Below are positions 10,078-21,312 of a stretch of 64,000 bases of DNA, piece by piece. Position numbers and translations under genes: made by a program. Under the pieces are notes generated by a model that was given only the letters and a program-made list of their open reading frames with translations, did no database searches and was not told the DNA's origin. The stretch covers positions 19,094 to 83,093 of the forward strand of contig JBGUYY010000082.1 of assembly GCA_045222555.1 (NCBI GenBank), read 5' to 3'. This DNA is from Bacteroidales bacterium (GTDB taxonomy: Bacteria > Bacteroidota > Bacteroidia > Bacteroidales > WCHB1-69). Each line of letters begins with the position of its first letter. The stretch's first letter is position 1.

Positions 10078-11025
10078 ATGAGCAAGACAACTGTTGTAAT
10101 ACCTTGTTATAAAGTGGCTGCGCATATTGAGCAAGTGGTGAAAGAGCTGCCGGGATGTGTGGATGAGATTATTTTGGTGGATGATTGCTCGCCCGATGAC
10201 ACGGGGAAAGTGCTGGAGCAGCTGTCGCAACAAGATGACCGCATAGTCGTTGTCCGCAATGCCCGCAACATGGGGGTTGGCGGAGCGATGGTCGCTGGTT
10301 TTCAAGAGGCTTTGCGCCGAGGATGCGACATCGCCATCAAGCTGGATGGCGACGGGCAGATGGATAGCTCTCGCATTACTGAAATGGTGCAAGTACTTGA
10401 GAATAATGATTATGACTTCGTAAAAGGAAATCGTTTTTATGATAAATTCGCCTTGAGAAAAATGCCCCTCATCCGTAAAATCGGAAATTTTGGTATGAGT
10501 TTCTTGGTGAAAGTGAGTTCGGGATACTGGCAAATTTCCGACCCCACCAATGGATTTATCGCCATCAATAAAGAGACCCTTCAAAGACTGGATATGAGCT
10601 GGATTGCTCCCCGCTTCTTCTTCGAAAGTTCTTTGATTTGCGAGCTGTACTATACAGGGGCAAAAATCAAAGAAATCTCTATGCCAGCAATTTACGGAGA
10701 AGAAAAATCCAATCTGTCGGTGATGAAATCATTGCTGACATTTCCCCCGAAATTATGTTTGCGTTGGCTGCGCAGAATATGGTTGAGTTATTATGTGTAC
10801 GATTTCAATATCGGTTCTCTGTATTTTGCATCGGGAAGTCTTTTGTTTCTCTTCGGACTGATCTTCGGCATCATCCGATGGATACAATTCGCTTCCGCAG
10901 GCGTTGCGGCTCCATTGGGTACGATTATGATTGCCGTGCTCACCTTTATTTGCGGATTCCAGTTGCTGATAGCCGCCTTCCAGTATGATTTGACCGCCCG
11001 AAATCCTTTTCTGAAATCAAAGTGA
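10078..11025 (+). CDS. family 2 glycosyltransferase with C-terminal TM helices (ArnC/GtrB-like)
   Basis: VVIPCYK, VDDCSPDDT and DGDGQ (DxD) motifs, plus two C-terminal TM segments. Confidence 0.8.
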   Translation: MSKTTVVIPCYKVAAHIEQVVKELPGCVDEIILVDDCSPDDTGKVLEQLSQQDDRIVVVRNARNMGVGGAMVAGFQEALRRGCDIAIKLDGDGQMDSSRITEMVQVLENNDYDFVKGNRFYDKFALRKMPLIRKIGNFGMSFLVKVSSGYWQISDPTNGFIAINKETLQRLDMSWIAPRFFFESSLICELYYTGAKIKEISMPAIYGEEKSNLSVMKSLLTFPPKLCLRWLRRIWLSYYVYDFNIGSLYFASGSLLFLFGLIFGIIRWIQFASAGVAAPLGTIMIAVLTFICGFQLLIAAFQYDLTARNPFLKSK

Positions 11026-11033
11026 AATTTTCG

Positions 11034-11041
11034 TATATTTG
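11034..11041 (+). promoter_or_regulatory. -7 promoter box TATATTTG
   Basis: 27 nt upstream of ATG 11068. Confidence 0.55.
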
Positions 11042-11067
11042 CAACCCCTAAAAACGATTCTGCAATC

Positions 11068-11646
11068 ATGAAATTAAAACCTTTATTGGCCGTTCTCATT
11101 GTAGGGCTGTTTATGTCCTGCGGAAACAAAGACTTCAGCCACTCGTCAACCGATACCTCAGAGCTCACTGCCGCAAAAAAAACCACCGCAATGGAGAAAC
11201 CCTCCAAGGCCAAACAGAATTACAAAAAATACTACAATTCAAAATATGATTATCTCGTCAAGTATCCTGCCAATTTTGGAAAATATACAGAAGGTGACGA
11301 CGGAAGCGGCATGTCAGCCCATGCCAACGATGGCTCCATGCTAATAAGCACGTACGCATCGTACAATGTGCTTTTTACGGAAGATGACGATATTTATACC
11401 ATGATGGAGACGTATAAAGGATGGCACATTGACGATGGATGTACCATCACCTACCAATTTGCCAAAGGCAAATCGATTGTTTTGTCAGGATATACGAAAG
11501 GCGGACTCATTTTCTATGAAAAGACTGTTTTATACACAAGAGGCAATGACGAATACATTGCCACTGTATATTACGAATATCCCAAGTCTGAAAAGGCGGC
11601 TGGCAATGCTGCCATCGCCCTGATCGGAAATTTCCCCAATGAATGA
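11068..11646 (+). CDS. putative lipoprotein, unknown function
   Basis: MKLKPLLAVLIVGLFMSC is a signal peptide plus lipobox. Confidence 0.6.
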   Translation: MKLKPLLAVLIVGLFMSCGNKDFSHSSTDTSELTAAKKTTAMEKPSKAKQNYKKYYNSKYDYLVKYPANFGKYTEGDDGSGMSAHANDGSMLISTYASYNVLFTEDDDIYTMMETYKGWHIDDGCTITYQFAKGKSIVLSGYTKGGLIFYEKTVLYTRGNDEYIATVYYEYPKSEKAAGNAAIALIGNFPNE

Positions 11647-11682
11647 TAACTTTATAATTTCTAATACGAAACAAACCACCCT

Positions 11683-12732
11683 ATGAAAAAAATCCTCATT
11701 ACCGGCGGTGCCGGCTTCATCGGCTCCCATGTGGTCAGACTCTTCGTCAACCAATACCCGGATGTAGAAATCCACAACCTCGACAAGCTCACCTACGCAG
11801 GCAACCTTGAAAACCTGTCGGATATCGACCAAAAGCCGAACTATCGGTTCGTGAAAGGCGATATCGTGGATGCGGAGTTCATCAACCACCTGTTTGAGCA
11901 GGAGCAATACGATGGTGTCATCCACCTTGCCGCCGAGTCGCATGTGGACCGTTCCATCGCCAACCCCATGGAGTTCATCTTCACCAACGTGGTGGGAACA
12001 GTAAATCTGCTGAATGCCGCCAAGAACATCTGGAAAGACAACTACGAGGGCAAGCGTTTCTACCACATCTCCACCGACGAGGTATATGGTGCATTGGGCG
12101 ACACCGGTTCGTTCAAGGAGACCACCCCCTACTCGCCACACAGTCCGTACTCGGCCGCCAAAGCCAGCTCCGACCACTTTGTGCGCGCCTACCACGACAC
12201 CTACGGCCTGCCGACGGTCATCTCCAACTGCTCCAACAACTATGGTCCCAACCAGTTCCCGGAAAAACTTATCCCGCTGTTTATCAACAATATCAAGCAC
12301 AACAAGGCGCTGCCCGTCTACGGGAAAGGCATCAACGTGCGCGACTGGCTCTACGTGGTGGACCACGCCCGTGCCATCGACCTGATTTTCCACAAAGGAA
12401 GAACTGGCGAGACTTACAACATCGGCGGTAACAACGAGTGGCGCAACATCGACCTCATCAAGAAGCTGATTGAGATCATGGACCGCAAGTTAGGCCGTCC
12501 GGAAGGCACCTCTCTTCAGCTCATCACTTACGTCACCGACCGGGCAGGCCACGACCTGCGTTACGCCATCGATGCCAGCAAGTTGCGTGCCGAATTAGGA
12601 TGGGAGCCCACCATCAAGTTTGCGGAGGGCTTTGAAAAGACTGTTGACTGGTACCTGGCCAACGAGAAATGGCTCGACAATGTCACCTCGGGCAGCTACC
12701 AGGACTACTATCGGAAAATGTATGGAGAGTAA
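11683..12732 (+). CDS. rfbB: dTDP-glucose 4,6-dehydratase
   Basis: GGAGFIGS Rossmann motif, YSAAKASSD catalytic motif, and full-length RmlB-like sequence. Confidence 0.95.
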   Translation: MKKILITGGAGFIGSHVVRLFVNQYPDVEIHNLDKLTYAGNLENLSDIDQKPNYRFVKGDIVDAEFINHLFEQEQYDGVIHLAAESHVDRSIANPMEFIFTNVVGTVNLLNAAKNIWKDNYEGKRFYHISTDEVYGALGDTGSFKETTPYSPHSPYSAAKASSDHFVRAYHDTYGLPTVISNCSNNYGPNQFPEKLIPLFINNIKHNKALPVYGKGINVRDWLYVVDHARAIDLIFHKGRTGETYNIGGNNEWRNIDLIKKLIEIMDRKLGRPEGTSLQLITYVTDRAGHDLRYAIDASKLRAELGWEPTIKFAEGFEKTVDWYLANEKWLDNVTSGSYQDYYRKMYGE

Positions 12733-13801
12733 AGGGAGTCAGCTCTTTCAGTATCTCATTGCTGGTCCCTGCGCTGCGGAGAGCGAGCGGCAGGTGCTGG
12801 AGACCGCCGGGCGGCTGGCGCAGGTGGCGGGTGGATTTCCCTGTCCGGTCACCTATTTCCGGGCGGGGGTATGGAAGCCCCGCAGCAGCGGCGCCGATTT
12901 CAGCGGTGCCGGAGCGGAGGCGCTGCCCTGGTTGCAGGAGGTGAACCGCCGTTACGGTTTTGCAGCCTGTGTGGAAGTGGCGCGCCCGCAACACATCGAA
13001 AGCTGCCTGCAGCACGGCATCAACGCCTTCTGGATAGGTGCCCGCACAGCCGTCAACCCCTTCGCCGTGCAAGAGCTCGCCGACAGTCTGAAAGGCACTG
13101 GCAGCACCATCCTCGTCAAGAACCCCGCCATCCCCGACCTCAAGCTGTGGCTCGGCAACATCGAGCGGTTTGAAAAAGCCGGCGCGCAACAGGTCTTTGC
13201 CGTACATCGTGGCTTTGCGGTGGAACACGAGAATGCCCTGCGCAACGCCCCGCTGTGGGAAATCCCCATCGCCTTCAAGGTGGCGCGCCCCGACCTGCCG
13301 CTACTCTGCGACCCGTCGCACATCGCCGGACAGTCCGCCTACCTCCGCCAGATTGCCCAGATCGCCCTCGACTACGGCTTCAACGGACTGATGGTGGAAA
13401 CACACTGCCAGCCCGCCACCGCCCTGAGCGATGCCGAACAACAAATCACCCCAGAAGCACTGTCCGACATGCTTCGCAGCCTCGTGCTCAAAACCTCCGT
13501 CCACGACCCTGACCAGCTGCTGCGGCAACAACGCAACCTCATCCACAACATCGACACCCAAATCAGCCAACTGCTGGCGAAAAGAATGTCGCTGGTGGAA
13601 GAAATTGCCCGCATCAAAGCGGAGAATAACATCCCACTGGTGCAGCCCAGCCAATGGAACAGCGTGGTGAAGAATTACGAGCAGGCAGCATTGCAAGACA
13701 ATGAATATCAAGAATTTCTACAACAATTCCTCGAAATATTACACCAATATTCCCTGAAACGACAAGGTAGAGACGCGTCACACCACGTCCCCACAAAATA
13801 A
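12722..13801 (+). CDS. bifunctional 3-deoxy-7-phosphoheptulonate synthase / chorismate mutase type II
   Basis: N-terminal KDO8P-synthase-like DAHP synthase (AGPCAAES, YFRAGVWKPRSS, CDPSH). C-terminal chorismate-mutase helix region (RNLIHNIDTQISQLLAKRMSLVEEIARIK). ATG 12722 overlaps the rfbB end by 11 nt. Confidence 0.8.
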   Translation: MESKGSQLFQYLIAGPCAAESERQVLETAGRLAQVAGGFPCPVTYFRAGVWKPRSSGADFSGAGAEALPWLQEVNRRYGFAACVEVARPQHIESCLQHGINAFWIGARTAVNPFAVQELADSLKGTGSTILVKNPAIPDLKLWLGNIERFEKAGAQQVFAVHRGFAVEHENALRNAPLWEIPIAFKVARPDLPLLCDPSHIAGQSAYLRQIAQIALDYGFNGLMVETHCQPATALSDAEQQITPEALSDMLRSLVLKTSVHDPDQLLRQQRNLIHNIDTQISQLLAKRMSLVEEIARIKAENNIPLVQPSQWNSVVKNYEQAALQDNEYQEFLQQFLEILHQYSLKRQGRDASHHVPTK

Positions 13802-13811
13802 AACCAACATC

Positions 13812-14714
13812 ATGTCAGAACCACAGACAGAACATCGTGCCGGGTTTGTCAACCTGATTGGCAACCCCAACGTCGGCAAAAGCACCCTGATGAACCAGCT
13901 GGTCGGCGAGCGACTATCCATCATCACGGCAAAAGCACAGACCACCCGTCACCGCATCAAGGGCATCGTTGATGGTGACAACTACCAGATCATCTATTCC
14001 GACCTGCCCGGCATCCTCACGCCCTCCTACAAGATGCAGGAGATGATGATGAAATTCGTGACCCTTTCGCTGCAGGATGCGGATGTCATCCTCTACTTGG
14101 TGGAGTGCGGAGAAACCCGCTACGATGCCGAAATCATGGAGCATCTACAAAAAATTGAAATTCCTATTATTTTAGTAATCAATAAAATAGATAAATTCAC
14201 GACGGAGCAGGTGGCTGAAGCGGAGGCCTTTTGGAAAAACATTTTACCCAAGGCTGAGAGCGTGCTCATCTCGGCATTGCAGTCGAAAAACATCGACCAA
14301 CTGATTACCAAAATCACGGAAAAACTGCCCGTGCACGAGCCCTATTTCCCGAAAGACCAGCTCACCGACCGTCCGATGCGGTTTTTCGTTTCCGAAATCA
14401 TCCGCGAGAAAATTCTGCTCAACTACAAAAAGGAAATTCCTTACAGTGTGGAAGTTGTGGTGGATGAGTACAAAGAGACGGAGGGGTTGGTACGCATCAT
14501 GGCGACGCTGTATGTGGAGCGCGACACGCAAAAATCCATCATCATCGGCAAGGGCGGGCAGGCTATCAAGAAGCTCGGTACTGAGTCGCGGCTAGCCATC
14601 GAAGAGTTCATCGGAGAGCATGTCTTCTTGGACTTGTCGGTGAAGGTACTGAAGGACTGGCGCAACAACGAGAACATCATCAACCGGTTCGGGTATGGGA
14701 ACACGGAACGGTAA
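13812..14714 (+). CDS. era: GTPase Era
   Basis: GNPNVGKST G1 motif, NKID G4 motif, and C-terminal KH domain (GKGGQAIKKLG). Confidence 0.95.
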   Translation: MSEPQTEHRAGFVNLIGNPNVGKSTLMNQLVGERLSIITAKAQTTRHRIKGIVDGDNYQIIYSDLPGILTPSYKMQEMMMKFVTLSLQDADVILYLVECGETRYDAEIMEHLQKIEIPIILVINKIDKFTTEQVAEAEAFWKNILPKAESVLISALQSKNIDQLITKITEKLPVHEPYFPKDQLTDRPMRFFVSEIIREKILLNYKKEIPYSVEVVVDEYKETEGLVRIMATLYVERDTQKSIIIGKGGQAIKKLGTESRLAIEEFIGEHVFLDLSVKVLKDWRNNENIINRFGYGNTER

Positions 14715-14715
14715 G

Positions 14716-14757
14716 GGAAATTGAAAACTGAAAACTGAAAATTGAAAATTGAAAATT
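14716..14757 (+). repeat. GA-rich heptamer array, 6 units (ggaaatt gaaaact x2 gaaaatt x3)
   Basis: Begins 2 nt after the era stop TAA at 14712-14714. Confidence 0.9.
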
Positions 14758-14782
14758 AATAATTAAAAACCAATAATAGATC

Positions 14783-15655
14783 ATGAAAATCATTGATGGT
14801 AAGAAGATTGCCAATGAAGTGAAGAATGAGATTGCGAAGAAGGTACAGGAGCGGATGGCGGATGGCAGGCCGGTGCCGCATCTGGCCGCCGTGATTGTAG
14901 GCGATGACGGTGCCTCTAAGACCTATATCGGCAGTATCGAGCGGTCGTGCCGCGAGGTGGGTTTCACCTCCTCAATATACCAATACCCCGCCACTATCAC
15001 CGAGCGTGAGCTGCTGGATGCCATCGACTTTCTCAACCGCGACAATGAAATCGACGGCTATATCATCCAGCTGCCGCTGCCCAAGCACATCAGCACCGAG
15101 CAGGTGATTGCCCATGTGGACCCAAACAAGGATGTGGACTGTTTTCATCCGATGAACAACGGGAAGCTGTTTTTGGGCGAGGCCTGTTTCCTGCCGGCCA
15201 CTCCCTACGGCACCATTGAGTTGATGCGGCGTGCGGGCATCAGTGCGGCCGGAAAGCACTGTGTGGTGTTGGGACGCAGCAACATCGTGGGCAAGCCGCT
15301 GGCAATGCTGCTGGCAGAGAAAAGCGACACCGGCAACGCCACGGTGACCATCTGCCACAGCCGCACCCCCAACCTGAAGGAGGTGTGCGCCACTGCCGAC
15401 ATCCTGCTGGTGGCCATCGGGCAGCCGGAGATGATCACGGCAGAGTATGTCAAGGAGGGCGCGACCGTCATCGACATCGGCATCCACCGCATTCCCGACA
15501 ACAGCGAGAAGGGCTACCGCATCTGCGGTGACGTGAAATATGACGAGGTGGCGCCGAAGTGCGCGGCCATCACCCCCGTTCCGGGCGGCGTGGGACCGAT
15601 GACCATGACCTGTCTGATGCTGAACACCCTGCACGCCCGCGAAAGGAAAGAGTAG
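14783..15655 (+). CDS. folD: bifunctional methylenetetrahydrofolate dehydrogenase/cyclohydrolase
   Basis: Full-length FolD similarity, including VGRSNIVGKPLA and PVPGGVGPMT. Confidence 0.95.
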   Translation: MKIIDGKKIANEVKNEIAKKVQERMADGRPVPHLAAVIVGDDGASKTYIGSIERSCREVGFTSSIYQYPATITERELLDAIDFLNRDNEIDGYIIQLPLPKHISTEQVIAHVDPNKDVDCFHPMNNGKLFLGEACFLPATPYGTIELMRRAGISAAGKHCVVLGRSNIVGKPLAMLLAEKSDTGNATVTICHSRTPNLKEVCATADILLVAIGQPEMITAEYVKEGATVIDIGIHRIPDNSEKGYRICGDVKYDEVAPKCAAITPVPGGVGPMTMTCLMLNTLHARERKE

Positions 15656-15656
15656 T

Positions 15657-16058
15657 ATGGAAAGCGTACGTATTGACAAATGGCTCTGGACGGTACGGCT
15701 GTTCAAGACGCGCTCCATGGCCACCGATGCCTGCAACGCCGGCAAGGTGAAGATGAACGGCACCAACGTAAAGCCCTCGAAGAACATCAAGCCTGACGAG
15801 GTGTTCGAGGTGCATATCGGACAGCTGGTGAAGACCGTGAAAGTGCTGGACGCCCCGAAGAGCCGGGTGGGAGCGCCGCTGGTGCCGCAGTACTGCGAAG
15901 ACCTCACCCCACCAGAGGAGTACGAGCGCGTGCGGATGCTGAACATGCGCTTTGAGCGGCGCGACCGCGGTGAGGGCCGTCCCACCAAACGCGACCGCCG
16001 ACAGATCGACTTCATCAAGAACTTGTACGGGGAAGAGGAGTGGGGAAATGAAAATTGA
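15657..16058 (+). CDS. hslR: S4-domain RNA-binding heat-shock protein 15-like
   Basis: RIDKWLWTVRLFKTRSMATDACNAGKVKMNG S4 motif and a basic C-terminus. Confidence 0.8.
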   Translation: MESVRIDKWLWTVRLFKTRSMATDACNAGKVKMNGTNVKPSKNIKPDEVFEVHIGQLVKTVKVLDAPKSRVGAPLVPQYCEDLTPPEEYERVRMLNMRFERRDRGEGRPTKRDRRQIDFIKNLYGEEEWGNEN

Positions 16059-16091
16059 AAATTGAAAATTGAAAACTGAAAACTGAGAGGG
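16044..16091 (+). repeat. GA-rich heptamer array, about 6.5 units, overlapping the hslR 3' end and supplying its stop
   Basis: ggaaat gaaaatt x3 gaaaact x2 gagaggg. Stop TGA 16056-16058 is inside the second unit. Confidence 0.9.
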
Positions 16092-16101
16092 GGTAACCGT
16101 G

Positions 16102-17271
16102 TTACTTCCTCTTTTTCTTTAGCATTCGCGGATACTTGTCGTACCAATTATAGAAACAAAGTCCATACGTCCATTCAATGTAATCGGCAACGAAAAGGTG
16201 TGCTTTGATACTGACGCCAAGGATATGATTCCGTTTCGGTCCGAGTAGAAACTGCAATCCCACCCTTTCGTAAAAAGGCTGGTAGAAGCTGTAGTAGCGG
16301 CCGAGGTAAAAACCTGCAGAGGTGTGCAGCACCAGCCGCGAGAAGGTGACATCGAAAGCCGCAAAGACAGCGGGCAGGAAGCATTTCCCCTCTTTGCGAT
16401 CCTCTTCCGACAAATAGGTCAGCACCTCACGGTTATAGAAGAGGTCGAAGCCACCGCCGTAACGGAACTTCGGATGAGGCTGACGCAAATAACCGACCTC
16501 CAACGTGGTGGCAAAACAGTACGGCGGCCGGTCGGCTTTGGAAAGGGTGAATTCCGCCCGCGACTGCTTAGTACCCGGCGCCACAAAGAAATAGAGCCTG
16601 TTGATCGGGCGGAATTGCGTAATGGTGTCGATGGTGTGAATGGTTTCCAGCTGCTCATACAGTCGGCAACGCACCCCTGCCTTCACCGTCACCCCATTAA
16701 TGCCATAGTTGGGCAGCGAAAGCACCCCATTGGAGGAGTGTGAAAAGTCGCCAGCCAACAACAAATCCGTATGCTTCGACAAACGAGCGGTGATGCCCAT
16801 CGAGATATCCAAATGAACACTGGCATGCCCCCCCACAAAAACATTCTCAGGATTGGTATAGAAATTATACTTTTTGGTCCAGAAGTTGACGCCAGCGCCG
16901 AGCTTGTAGAAGAAAGTAAACTTGGGCTTCCGCACAAAATAACCATTGAGGAAACCGAAAACGGCGAACTTCTCGCCGATGCTCTCACGGTTGAAATGGC
17001 TGTACCTCACAGCCACGCCATAACTCGGATAATGGAACCATTGCTCCCACTCCTTGCTACCGTCCGTTTGCCGTCCAACGCACACATCCACCCCACACAA
17101 ATCGGTCTGCCACAGCCACGAAACCTCCTTGAAGTTGGGCAATACGCGTCCATAGCGAATGGAGGGTTCCACATACCACAGATTTTTTGTCTGCCCACAC
17201 AAAAAAGAAGTTTGCAGCAAAAGGACAAGCCCTATCAGCAGCCGCTGCCAAAGTGTCGCACCCCATCTCAT
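16102..17271 (-). CDS. acyloxyacyl hydrolase / lipid A deacylase (PagL)-like outer-membrane protein
   Basis: Signal peptide, alternating beta-strand pattern, and H..S.NG motif (HSSNGVLSLPNYGINGV) as in PagL-family proteins. ATG 17271 overlaps the lpxH stop (TGATG). Confidence 0.6.
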   Translation of the reverse strand: MRWGATLWQRLLIGLVLLLQTSFLCGQTKNLWYVEPSIRYGRVLPNFKEVSWLWQTDLCGVDVCVGRQTDGSKEWEQWFHYPSYGVAVRYSHFNRESIGEKFAVFGFLNGYFVRKPKFTFFYKLGAGVNFWTKKYNFYTNPENVFVGGHASVHLDISMGITARLSKHTDLLLAGDFSHSSNGVLSLPNYGINGVTVKAGVRCRLYEQLETIHTIDTITQFRPINRLYFFVAPGTKQSRAEFTLSKADRPPYCFATTLEVGYLRQPHPKFRYGGGFDLFYNREVLTYLSEEDRKEGKCFLPAVFAAFDVTFSRLVLHTSAGFYLGRYYSFYQPFYERVGLQFLLGPKRNHILGVSIKAHLFVADYIEWTYGLCFYNWYDKYPRMLKKKRK

Positions 17272-18095
17272 CACTTCACCTCCTCAGTGTCCGCCGACTT
17301 TTCCGGCAGAACGTCAGTGGGAAAGGCGAGCAGCTGCACCTCGCCATCCACCCACTGCAGGTAGGTGAAGTGCGTAAGCCAATCACCCGTATTATAATAG
17401 GTAATATTTTCTGTTACAGACACTTCCATAGGAAGATGACGGTGACCGTACACCACCACTTCGATAGGATGGCTAGTAACGCATTGACGGATGTGTTCCA
17501 AGGTGGCCTGCTCCTGCTTCCGGGCGCGCTCCTCATGCTTGGCTGACGTACCGCTGCTCTGCGCCCGGCTGCCACGCGAGCAGGCCCGTGCGATGGCGAA
17601 GGCCCAGCGAGGCGGCAACGCACCATATAGCGCAATGTGGGGACGGAAAGCGAACACTCTCTTGATGAACAAATACCCCTTGTCCTTCGGATCCAACCCA
17701 TCGCCATGCCCCACCAGACAAAGTTTTCCGTTAATCTCAAAAAGCTGTTCTTCCCGAAAAATCTTCATTCCCAACTCCTTCTCAAAATAATCCTTCACCC
17801 ACATGTCGTGATTGCCCGTAAAGAAATAAATCTCCGTTCCTTTCTTTCTCATTTCTAATAATTTAGAAAAGAAGAGATAATAACCTTTCGGCACCACATC
17901 TTTATATTCGAACCAAAAATCGAAAATATCGCCCAACAAAAACAGATGGTCGGCCTGCGGCGCAATCTTTTCGAGCCATTGCACCACACGCACTTCCCGT
18001 TCGCGGCTCGCTTCGGCATTAGGAGCACCAAAATGGAAGTCAGAGGCGAAGAAGGCGTTTCCGCTGATGACGATAGGAGAATTTGTGGAGGACAC
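17271..18095 (-). CDS. lpxH: UDP-2,3-diacylglucosamine diphosphatase
   Basis: Metallophosphoesterase motifs SDFHFG, GDIFDFW, GNHD and GHRH. The start is uncertain. GTG 18095 is preferred because ATG 18167 would sit 2 nt from the ligA ATG and would include the ligA promoter box. Confidence 0.75.
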   Translation of the reverse strand: MSSTNSPIVISGNAFFASDFHFGAPNAEASREREVRVVQWLEKIAPQADHLFLLGDIFDFWFEYKDVVPKGYYLFFSKLLEMRKKGTEIYFFTGNHDMWVKDYFEKELGMKIFREEQLFEINGKLCLVGHGDGLDPKDKGYLFIKRVFAFRPHIALYGALPPRWAFAIARACSRGSRAQSSGTSAKHEERARKQEQATLEHIRQCVTSHPIEVVVYGHRHLPMEVSVTENITYYNTGDWLTHFTYLQWVDGEVQLLAFPTDVLPEKSADTEEVK

Positions 18096-18130
18096 GTGTT
18101 CAGATTTTGACTTTGTTAACGAATGAATGA

Positions 18131-21308
<3,178 letters not shown>

Positions 21309-21312
<4 letters not shown>

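Noticed and set aside
14972-16147. 391-aa ORF on the minus strand opposite folD and hslR.
   Set aside because: It is entirely antisense to two confidently identified genes. It has an Arg/Gly/Ala/His-rich low-complexity composition typical of shadow ORFs in GC3-rich DNA, and no recognisable motif.
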